The position numbers and the translations under genes were made by a program. A stretch of 32,000 bases of DNA from Candidatus Hadarchaeales archaeon. GTDB lineage: Archaea > Hadarchaeota > Hadarchaeia > Hadarchaeales > Hadarchaeaceae. Of this stretch, positions 24,974 through 32,000 are shown one piece after another. Numbering within the stretch: position 1 is the first letter of the stretch; each line of letters opens with the position of its first letter. The DNA lies in contig JAWBCC010000001.1 in NCBI GenBank assembly GCA_038823825.1, positions 360,001-392,000 on the forward strand, written 5' to 3'. The notes beneath the pieces are model-generated. The model ran no database searches and had not been told where the DNA came from. It saw only the letters and a list, made by a program, of their open reading frames with translations.

Positions 24974-26671
24974 ATGGAGAAAACCACAGCAATAGTGTTT
25001 GCAAGCTTAGCGACTTTATTACTCATGATTCCGCTGATATCGGCGCCCGAGCTCATCTATGACGATTTCAACGATGAGACTCTTGGTACCAACACTGGGG
25101 GCGCTGCTGGAGCGATGTCATATGATGGAAATCACGACCCCACTATTAGCTTTGTGCAAGGATACGAGGGCAGGGCTCTAGCACTTACGTATAATCTTCC
25201 ACCAAATCAATGGGCCGGCTATTGGAGTTTCTTCCGATCGGATGAAGTGGGATACGATCTTAGAGGATATACGGATCTCCAGATGTGGGTAAGGGGCGCA
25301 AGCGGGGGGGAAATCTTCAAGGTCGAAATGAAAGACACAAACAACAGATATCGTGCGATATATGTAACACTCGTTCCAGGTTTCGAGAGTGGGGCGACTA
25401 CATCTTGGCAGAAGCTTGTAATTCCCCTTTACAATTTCGCCAGCGTAGTGGACCTCGGCAATGTAAAACAGCTCAACATCGTCTTCGACAGGGCCCCGTG
25501 GCAGGGGACCGTACATCTGGACAAAATAACCTTCACCACAGATTCTCCAGCCCGCAGTCTACCAGCCGGTCTAATAGTTGACGATTACAACGACGGAAGT
25601 GGGCCAAACAATCTAGGTGGTGGCTGCGGGATAATGGATCCAGATCCAAATGGTGGTCCTGAGTGGATCACGGAAGAGTATGTCGGCGGAGCGTATGAGG
25701 GGCTCGGTTGTCTGAAACTCACATACAATCGAGGAACCTCCAGTTGGGTCGGTTACTGGAGTTTCTTGCACCCCGACCAACATGGTGTCGATGTTTCTGA
25801 TTACAAGTATCTCAGCATGTATGTAAAAGGAGCAAGCGGAGGTGAATCATTCAGGGTGGAGTTGAAGGATAGTTCAAACAAAGTATCGAAACAGGTTATC
25901 AGTGGGATTACTTCCTCTTGGAAGGAATTCAGATTGGACCTTTCTAGCTTCTCTGGAGTTAGTCTGACGAGCCTCGCCATGGTAAACTTTGTCATGGACT
26001 TACCACCGAACTCTGGAACAGTTTATATAGACCTCGTTAGGTTCATTCGTGAAAACGAGAATGCCCCTCAGCAACCTGTCGACAACACTATCGTAAGAAT
26101 ATTTCCAGAAAATCAAAACGTCAGAACCGGGGAAAACTTTTCCGTACAAATCGGAATCATTCCAGTGACTGGTGTGGCTGGCGTTCAGTGTACATTGAGG
26201 TTCAATCCACAGATTCTGGGAGTTCTCGATGTAACCGAGGGTGACTTCCTGAAGCAAGGAGGAGCCAGTAGCTTCTTCCAAGTGATTTCCTTGGATAACA
26301 CGACGGGAAAAATTGAAATCACCGGTGTACGGATCAACGGATCTGCCAACTCCCCCGGAGTTTTTGCGACAGTGCAATTAAAAGCAAAGGATAATCAGGG
26401 GACATCACAGCTCTGGCTTGAGGATGTTATCCTTGGAGATGAGAACGGACAGGTTCTTCCAGTAACACTTAGGGGGGCAGTCGTTACTGTAGAAGCATAT
26501 GCTCCTTGGGACGTAAACCGGGATGGAAAAGTAAACATTCAGGACATGCTGGCTGTGATATCTAAATGGAAACAAACCGGTCCTGCTGGTTGGATAGCTG
26601 AGGATATAAACAAAGACGGAAAAATAAACGTGCTTGACCTCATCCTCATTGGACAGCATTGGACAGGATGA
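24974..26671 (+). CDS. Secreted modular protein: two tandem CBM-like modules + cohesin-like domain + C-terminal type-I dockerin
   Basis: Signal peptide (TTAIVFASLATLLLMIPLISA). Duplicated YEG..L.LTYN...W.GYWSF...GASGGE.F.VE.KD modules. Cohesin-like NTIVRIFPENQNVRTGENFSVQIGIIPVTGVAGVQCTLRFNPQILGVLDVTEGDFL. Dockerin DVNRDGKVNIQDMLAVIS...DINKDGKINVLDLILIGQHW. Confidence 0.9.
   Translation: MEKTTAIVFASLATLLLMIPLISAPELIYDDFNDETLGTNTGGAAGAMSYDGNHDPTISFVQGYEGRALALTYNLPPNQWAGYWSFFRSDEVGYDLRGYTDLQMWVRGASGGEIFKVEMKDTNNRYRAIYVTLVPGFESGATTSWQKLVIPLYNFASVVDLGNVKQLNIVFDRAPWQGTVHLDKITFTTDSPARSLPAGLIVDDYNDGSGPNNLGGGCGIMDPDPNGGPEWITEEYVGGAYEGLGCLKLTYNRGTSSWVGYWSFLHPDQHGVDVSDYKYLSMYVKGASGGESFRVELKDSSNKVSKQVISGITSSWKEFRLDLSSFSGVSLTSLAMVNFVMDLPPNSGTVYIDLVRFIRENENAPQQPVDNTIVRIFPENQNVRTGENFSVQIGIIPVTGVAGVQCTLRFNPQILGVLDVTEGDFLKQGGASSFFQVISLDNTTGKIEITGVRINGSANSPGVFATVQLKAKDNQGTSQLWLEDVILGDENGQVLPVTLRGAVVTVEAYAPWDVNRDGKVNIQDMLAVISKWKQTGPAGWIAEDINKDGKINVLDLILIGQHWTG
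25055..26047 (+). repeat. Two tandem CBM-like modules within the dockerin protein (approx. 25055-25537 and 25577-26047)
   Basis: Aligned segments: YEGRALALTYNLPPNQWAGYWSFFRSDEVGYDLRGYTDLQMWVRGASGGEIFKVEMKD vs YEGLGCLKLTYNRGTSSWVGYWSFLHPDQHGVDVSDYKYLSMYVKGASGGESFRVELKD. Confidence 0.85.
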
Positions 26672-26675
26672 AAGG

Positions 26676-27302
26676 TTGAAAACATGCTGGTTATTTGCGC
26701 TTGCCATACTGATTATTCTCATCTCTCAGCCCCTCTGTCAAGCCGAAATTACGAGGGTTTACGTAAAACCTAAAGAAGTTAATGTAGAAAATGGAAAGGT
26801 CTTCGAAATAGAAATAGTGGCAAACCCTTCCACCAAAATAGCGGGCTATCAGTTTTCTATCGGCTACGATTCATCGGTTCTTGACTTTCTTGCCATACGA
26901 GAGGGAAATTTCTTCAGGAAGTATGGTTTAAACACGTACTTCTACGAGGGGGATGTGGACAGAACGGCGGGAGTTTTAAGAGACGTCGTGTGCGTGGTGT
27001 TGGGAGAGGGCGGAAGCTCGGAGAATGGAACTTTGGCAATTGTTAGATTTCGGGCAAAGAAAACCGGACAATCAACAATTACCCTTTTTGATGTGATTGC
27101 CGGTAATCCGCTTGGAGAACAGGTAGAGGTAAACGTTCAGGGTGGTTCGGTTAAGGTTTTCACAAGCGGTATTGCCCCCTGGCTAGTTTTTTTAGTCGTG
27201 ACAATTGTTATTGTATTGTTAGTTCTCATATTTTTGCTGTTTCGCAGACGTTCTGGTCAAAGAAAAAAATCGAGAGAGCCAACCGTTTGGGAAAGTATTT
27301 GA
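26676..27302 (+). CDS. Membrane-anchored cohesin-domain protein
   Basis: TTG start 26676 gives MKTCWLFALAILIILISQPLCQAEITRVYVKPKEVNVENGKVFEIEIVANPSTKIAGYQFSIGYDSSVLDFLAIREGNFF... (cohesin-like), then TM PWLVFLVVTIVIVLLVLIFLLFRRR and a basic cytoplasmic tail. Confidence 0.82.
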   Translation: MKTCWLFALAILIILISQPLCQAEITRVYVKPKEVNVENGKVFEIEIVANPSTKIAGYQFSIGYDSSVLDFLAIREGNFFRKYGLNTYFYEGDVDRTAGVLRDVVCVVLGEGGSSENGTLAIVRFRAKKTGQSTITLFDVIAGNPLGEQVEVNVQGGSVKVFTSGIAPWLVFLVVTIVIVLLVLIFLLFRRRSGQRKKSREPTVWESI

Positions 27303-27308
27303 ATTCCA

Positions 27309-29240
27309 TCATATCACGGGTTCCCGAAGGATGAGTTTTTTTGCTTCCTTGGCTAAAGAGGAAATCGGCAATGATAAACCTTCAAGCTGATGTAGCGCTT
27401 CGGCTGTCTGCAGAATCAATCTCTGAAGATCGCCTTCCTCCATGCGGGAGAGCTCGACCACTTCTTGCCACTTGGCTCCAGAGGCCCACATATAGACGCA
27501 ACTGGCTCTTCCACGAGCTGCCTCTAAAGAAGGTCTCTCGCTGTAGATCCCCGCTTTCTTCTCCATCCTCCAGATGTCGCGGAGTAAACCGATTACACGC
27601 GAAATATCAAGGAGAGCCAGCTTACGTCTGGGTGACCTTTCCCCAATGAGTGCTGCAACAGTTCCTGCTAGAGCGGCTGGAGAAAGCCCGCGGTAGAGGC
27701 CCCTTCTTACAAACTCCGCAAGATAGAGAAAAGATGCGTGAGTTATCATACAGGCCCACTCCCCATCTTCTGTCAACTCTAGAGAATCTGTCAGATATCC
27801 AAGAGACTTCAGAATGTTTATTCTCCTCCCAAACTCCTGCATCATCAGGTTTCTAACTTTTTTCTCCTTCTTTCTGCCGAGTTTTGACATTTGGTAAAAC
27901 AAAAGGCTTTTTTCGAAGATTTTGATAGTTCCCTGAAGACCGTGTCTGCCAAGTAGACTCAAAATCTGATAATATGCAACAGAGAAGGCGGATTTCAGAG
28001 GTTCCGGCGGAGATTTGGAGAGCGAGACGGCGTCATACAGCATTCTTTTTTCTCTCGGGACAAAAATCACAAAACCTACCCTATCTTTTCCTCTTCTGCC
28101 AGCCCTTCCGCTCATCTGATGGAATTCAAGCGGTGTGAGAAGGCGAGTGCCACTCTCATCTCTTGTCATAACCGTCGGGAGAGCAACGGTTCTTGCCGGA
28201 ACATCGAGCCCAGCGGCGAGAGTTGTCGTTGCAAAGACTGCTTGGATGAGACCGGCCGAAAGCATTCTTTCCACAGCAACCTTCCAGCCAGTCAAATGGC
28301 CAGCATGGTGTGGTGCCACGCCGGCATCTATGAGCTGCTCTAAGAGGGGATGGTCCCATAAAACTGGCGTTTCCTCCGCGACCTGAGCAAAGATCTCCAT
28401 CCGTCTTTCCCGGCCAATCCATTTTTGCCCGCGGAAGGTCCTCACGGCTTCATCACAGTCTCTTCTGCGCGGAAGGAAAACGATAACTGGTATGAGATCC
28501 TTTTCTTTTAAGATTGAAACGATTTTTACCGGATTAAAGGGCACTCTAGCATCCCTATCGCCGAGTTTGCCGATGATTTTTTCTCTCAGCGGAAGAACCC
28601 AGCCGCCAGCATGTAAAAAACCATATCTGAGGGGAACTGGCCTCTCGTCAACCCTTATTAGGCTAGGCTCTTCACCCCGGACTTTTCCCATCCACTCAGC
28701 CAGTTCATCTGAGTTTGAGATGGTAGCTGAGAGAAGTAGCAAACGTGTTTCTGAGGGAGAAAGGATTATGATTTCTTCCCACGTAACACCACGCTCAGGA
28801 TCTGCGATGTAGTGGGCTTCGTCCAAGACGACAAAATCGGGTGGTTTTCCCTCGCCATAAAGAGAGTTCCTGAGGATCTCTGTGGTGGCGACGATTATGA
28901 AAGCAGTTGGATTTTCTTTTCTCTCTCCGGTGAGAAGACCTACATTCTCTTCCCCAAAAATTCTCTTGAAGTAGTCATACTTTTGGTTAGAAAGGGCTTT
29001 AAGGGGCGTGGTATACCAACACTCTTTGCCTAGTTTGATGAAACTTCTGATTGCCTGCTCCGCAATCCAAGTTTTTCCGCTTCCAGTCGGTGCAACGACA
29101 ATAGTGTCTTTCTGAAGAACGCATCTCAGAGCTTCCTCTTGGAAAGGTGAAGGTACGAAAGCAGATGGCGAGGGTTCTCCTATTCCCTCTAGAAATTTTT
29201 CTTCAAGCTGATCAAAATCTCTCCCGTGACGTCCTTTCAA
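27309..29240 (-). CDS. Ski2/Mtr4/HelY-like superfamily 2 DEAH-box helicase
   Basis: VVAPTGSGKTWIAEQA, TTPLKALSNQKYDYF, VVLDEAHYIADPERG, LLLLSATISN, HHAGHLTGWK, TTLAAGLDVPARTV, QMSGRAGRRGKD. Confidence 0.9.
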   Translation of the reverse strand: MKGRHGRDFDQLEEKFLEGIGEPSPSAFVPSPFQEEALRCVLQKDTIVVAPTGSGKTWIAEQAIRSFIKLGKECWYTTPLKALSNQKYDYFKRIFGEENVGLLTGERKENPTAFIIVATTEILRNSLYGEGKPPDFVVLDEAHYIADPERGVTWEEIIILSPSETRLLLLSATISNSDELAEWMGKVRGEEPSLIRVDERPVPLRYGFLHAGGWVLPLREKIIGKLGDRDARVPFNPVKIVSILKEKDLIPVIVFLPRRRDCDEAVRTFRGQKWIGRERRMEIFAQVAEETPVLWDHPLLEQLIDAGVAPHHAGHLTGWKVAVERMLSAGLIQAVFATTTLAAGLDVPARTVALPTVMTRDESGTRLLTPLEFHQMSGRAGRRGKDRVGFVIFVPREKRMLYDAVSLSKSPPEPLKSAFSVAYYQILSLLGRHGLQGTIKIFEKSLLFYQMSKLGRKKEKKVRNLMMQEFGRRINILKSLGYLTDSLELTEDGEWACMITHASFLYLAEFVRRGLYRGLSPAALAGTVAALIGERSPRRKLALLDISRVIGLLRDIWRMEKKAGIYSERPSLEAARGRASCVYMWASGAKWQEVVELSRMEEGDLQRLILQTAEALHQLEGLSLPISSLAKEAKKLILREPVI

Positions 29241-29451
29241 GTTTCTCCAGCTCCTCTAATGCTTCGTCCTTTTCTTTTTCCGTCCACCATTTCTGTCCCC
29301 TTATGCACATAGATCTAAATTCCTTGAAGAGTCTGAGATAAGATAAACTGGAGACAGAAGTACTCTGTATCAGTCTTTCAAGTCTGCTACAATCCGGCGA
29401 ATCCTTATATGCACAAAGGGAACACAAGTACAACTTCCTCATTCTATTCAT
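29212..29451 (-). CDS. Small Cys-containing hypothetical protein
   Basis: 79 aa, LYLCSLCAYKDSPDCSRL..., overlaps the helicase start by 29 nt. Plausible operon mate but no recognised family. Confidence 0.4.
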   Translation of the reverse strand: MNRMRKLYLCSLCAYKDSPDCSRLERLIQSTSVSSLSYLRLFKEFRSMCIRGQKWWTEKEKDEALEELEKLERTSRERF

Positions 29452-29511
29452 TATCTAGATTTGGGTTGCTAAAAGATTTACACTCACTGGCGGATATCTG
29501 CCCGATCTTTT

Positions 29512-31782
29512 TCACGGGGGTTGAGTGGATAGCCAGATGTCATCCCAGTATGCACTCGTAGCGGGAGGTGTCTGCCCAGTTGTGTATCTAGCAGTAATGA
29601 AAACGCGCGCCCTAACCGCATTTTGTGGAGCCGTTACTTGGAAAGATACCAAAGTCCAACTATCAAAGGCTGTTGATGCAAAACCGCTACTCGGTGTCTG
29701 CACATAACCGTCATCATTCTCCCAGTATGGATACCATCTTACTCTGATGAATAGAGTGTACTGGCTTGGACTTGCCCCTCCTCCTGGATTTACGAGGTAG
29801 TAATACCCGGCTAGATAATACGTTTGTCCAGGGATGAAGCTCGTGATATTGTCTGAGGTCACATACGCGGTATACGAGGAGGAGTTAACCACTTGCTTTG
29901 CGGAGTAACTACCAGTTCTTGCCCTTTCGCTAGACCTAGAAGCGTTGGTTCCAAAACTCCAGTAACCGGTCTGCTCGAAGCTTGGGTTCTGGACGAGTTG
30001 TAATGGCGGCTCTGGCAAGGTTTCTACTCTAACATAGAAAGTGTTTGTATAGTTTCTGGCCGCTACGTTGCTTGGAATATCTAATCTCCACTCTATCTGT
30101 TTCTGCATATTTTCGCCATATTGGATGTTATTCCAAACATTTTCGTAGATGGTGCTCAGTGATACGGTTCTACCGCCGATCGCCTTGGCCGCACTGGCAG
30201 ATATCGTGTATCCGTCAGACGTGAAATCCCCGGCCGCTCTGACCTTAATCGTGAAGTTTCTGTTTGAGGACACAATAACCGTCATCGGACTCTGGGTTGC
30301 GTAAACGCTCTGTCCTTTGTAGCCGCTGAAGGAGAGGGTGTATGTGCTCAAAGACATCTCGAGGTAGACCTGAACCATAATCGCGTTGATATTCTCCAAA
30401 TAGTTATCTAGACCGGTGTTATCGACGGCTCTGACGTATAGATTCCACATTCCCGGAGCCGCGATTTTTGAAAGTTTCACCCTAAAGATTGCAGTGTATG
30501 TCTTGGTTTCAGAATTCTCTAAGACTGAACATCCAGATGTGTCTATGTAAGCAGACCCAAGTGGGCAACTAAACTGCCAAGCTCCCGCGCTCTTTGAAGC
30601 ACTCCATGTGTAGTGATTTCTGATGTTGTCTGACGCTGTATGGCTGAGCGAATTTTCATGTGCTACGAGATATATGTTCTCGAGCTCCATCTCTCCTTCC
30701 CAAACAGTAACTGTCACGTTAAACCAGCAGTTTGGCATTATGGTTGAATTTTCCGGAACTACCATCAGAACTGATGGGATTTCTATCAGAGGATAGGCGC
30801 AGAATTTATTACCACCACCGGCCCAGTCTGGTGGAGCACCCTGCCAATAAAAGATGGTGTTGTTAACGAAACCCAGTCTGTTTCCGTTATACTCGCCGAC
30901 GGGGTAGGGAAGATTTTCTAGACTCTCCCAAGTATTTGTCGAAATCTGATATCTGTAGAAACCATAGCCTGGCTGCTCAAGATAGGAACCACCGCTAAGA
31001 GCGTAAATGTAATCGGACTTGGTTGGAATCCAGAGGAGAGATCCTCCATCCCCTACCCCACCTGGATCCGGTATCGGACTAAGATTTTCCCAACTGTTTG
31101 TTTCAATGTTGTATCTCCAGAAATCCTGCAAAGGTGAAGTTTCATAATATTCTCCTCTTAAAGCGTAGAGGTAAGCTCCGCCGGTCCAGACAAGCGAACA
31201 ACCATCATCGGTGCCACCTGGTGGGTTAGCCAATACCTGCCAGGTGTTGGTCTGTGGGTTGTAACGGGCGAAAGTTGTTCCGTGTGTTGAGCTTCCCAAG
31301 ATCGCATAAATTCTTCCATCATAACCACACCAACAGAGAGCATCTCCCGCACCCTGTGGACCAGGAGTGTTCTCCAAGAACTCCCAGCTGTTCGAAGGAA
31401 TGGAATATCTCAGAAAGATTGTGCGGTTGGAATCCTGATATCTCGCCCCCGCCAGAGCGTATATGTAATTTTCATTATCCCAGGCAAGAGCGGTACCATT
31501 TCTGAAAAGACCTTGGGGTAGCATGGACGTGTTTATCTCTGTCCACTCGTTTGCAAATGGATCATACCTCCAGAAATGAACATTATCTAGGACATCGTAG
31601 CACCTGATTATGTAGATATAGTTTCCTACAGAGACCAAGGCTTGACCGTATCCGCCCGGCTGTGGGGTTGGGGCTTTCTCAATCCACACTGGCTCGGAAC
31701 TGATAGGGGGAGCAGAGAAAAGCATTGTGAGTATCATGAAAAAGGGCAGAGAGAGCCCCAGCACCAGAAGCTTTTTTCTCAT
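29512..31782 (-). CDS. Large secreted Kelch-type beta-propeller protein with Ig-like region and C-terminal CBM_4_9-like module
   Basis: Signal peptide (KLLVLGLSLPFFMILTMLFSAPPISS). Repeated 'Y..Y.L.G......F.RY...TN.WE.L...P' blades. C-terminus LVQNPSFEQTGYWSFGTNASRSSERARTGSYSAKQ...YWDDIWL. Confidence 0.85.
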   Translation of the reverse strand: MRKKLLVLGLSLPFFMILTMLFSAPPISSEPVWIEKAPTPQPGGYGQALVSVGNYIYIIRCYDVLDNVHFWRYDPFANEWTEINTSMLPQGLFRNGTALAWDNENYIYALAGARYQDSNRTIFLRYSIPSNSWEFLENTPGPQGAGDALCWCGYDGRIYAILGSSTHGTTFARYNPQTNTWQVLANPPGGTDDGCSLVWTGGAYLYALRGEYYETSPLQDFWRYNIETNSWENLSPIPDPGGVGDGGSLLWIPTKSDYIYALSGGSYLEQPGYGFYRYQISTNTWESLENLPYPVGEYNGNRLGFVNNTIFYWQGAPPDWAGGGNKFCAYPLIEIPSVLMVVPENSTIMPNCWFNVTVTVWEGEMELENIYLVAHENSLSHTASDNIRNHYTWSASKSAGAWQFSCPLGSAYIDTSGCSVLENSETKTYTAIFRVKLSKIAAPGMWNLYVRAVDNTGLDNYLENINAIMVQVYLEMSLSTYTLSFSGYKGQSVYATQSPMTVIVSSNRNFTIKVRAAGDFTSDGYTISASAAKAIGGRTVSLSTIYENVWNNIQYGENMQKQIEWRLDIPSNVAARNYTNTFYVRVETLPEPPLQLVQNPSFEQTGYWSFGTNASRSSERARTGSYSAKQVVNSSSYTAYVTSDNITSFIPGQTYYLAGYYYLVNPGGGASPSQYTLFIRVRWYPYWENDDGYVQTPSSGFASTAFDSWTLVSFQVTAPQNAVRARVFITARYTTGQTPPATSAYWDDIWLSTQPP

Positions 31783-31834
31783 TCAAAAATTTGTTGATTT
31801 TTTCTTCTCAAATACGTTTCGAGGAAGGTATTCG

Positions 31835-31911
31835 TGGCGGGCCGGGCGGGATTCGAACCCACGTCACGGGCTCCGGAGGCCCGTGTCCTTTCCTGGCTAG
31901 ACCACCGGCCC
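31835..31911 (-). tRNA. tRNA-Arg(CCG) with encoded CCA
   Basis: Minus strand GGGCCGG-TG-GTCT...GGAC-A-CGGGC-CTCCGGA-GCCCG-TGAC-GTGGG-TTCGAAT-CCCGC-CCGGCCC-G-CCA. All four stems pair, the anticodon loop CTCCGGA gives anticodon CCG, U33 is present, no intron. Confidence 0.93.
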
Positions 31912-31940
31912 AGATTTTTCTATTTTTCTGAAAGTAAAAC

Positions 31941-32000
31941 TCATTCGAGCATTAGAGAAGCGGCCTCCTCTATCGTGGAGACCTCTACTACCGATAGTCC
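31941..32000 (-). CDS. C-terminal tail of an unidentified CDS running off the window
   Basis: Open frame ...GLSVVEVSTIEEAASLMLE* on the minus strand to the window edge. Too short to assign. Confidence 0.35.
   Translation of the reverse strand, partial: GLSVVEVSTIEEAASLMLE

Noticed and set aside
29512-31782. Possible dockerin at the end of the Kelch/CBM protein, which would directly link it to the cohesins
   Set aside because: The C-terminus ends ...SAYWDDIWLSTQPP with no DxNxDGxxNxxD repeats, so no dockerin is present.
1-32000. CRISPR array, transposase, integrase or phage genes
   Set aside because: Read through both strands. No regularly spaced direct repeats, no recognisable mobile-element ORFs, and no attachment-site-like duplication of the tRNA end seen in the window.

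Overview
The window is archaeal chromosomal sequence, about 32 kb and densely coding. Indicators are archaeal-type ValRS, UMP kinase, rps24e/rps27ae, GTP-dependent dephospho-CoA kinase, TiaS, ApgM, DacZ-like cyclase and Lig-type ATP-dependent ligases. From left to right it holds: the N-terminus of a GH94-like glycoside phosphorylase (minus strand, cut by the edge); a solute-binding-protein-like CDS with no signal peptide; a MinD/ParA-like ATPase split by a -1 frameshift; an AbiEi-like HTH protein; YkgJ and Lrp/RAM-like small genes; valS; a minus-strand cluster (Zn ribbon, pyrH, FTR catalytic subunit, membrane protein, rps27ae, rps24e, CoA kinase, DNA ligase 1); an HD hydrolase; an HTH membrane protein; tiaS; apgM; mtnA; a DHH nuclease-like gene; DNA ligase 2; a DacZ-like cyclase; a PPP phosphatase; an AK6/Fap7-like kinase; purA; two membrane proteins; then an extracellular cluster. 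The most interesting part is 24974-27302. It encodes a secreted protein with two tandem CBM-like modules, a cohesin-like domain and a C-terminal type-I dockerin, followed 4 bp later by a second cohesin-like protein with a signal peptide and a C-terminal membrane anchor. This looks like a minimal membrane-anchored cohesin/dockerin system in an archaeon. A large secreted Kelch/CBM-like protein lies nearby. A tRNA-Arg(CCG) is near the right edge. I found no CRISPR array, transposase or integrase. All family calls are from motif recognition; no database search was run.
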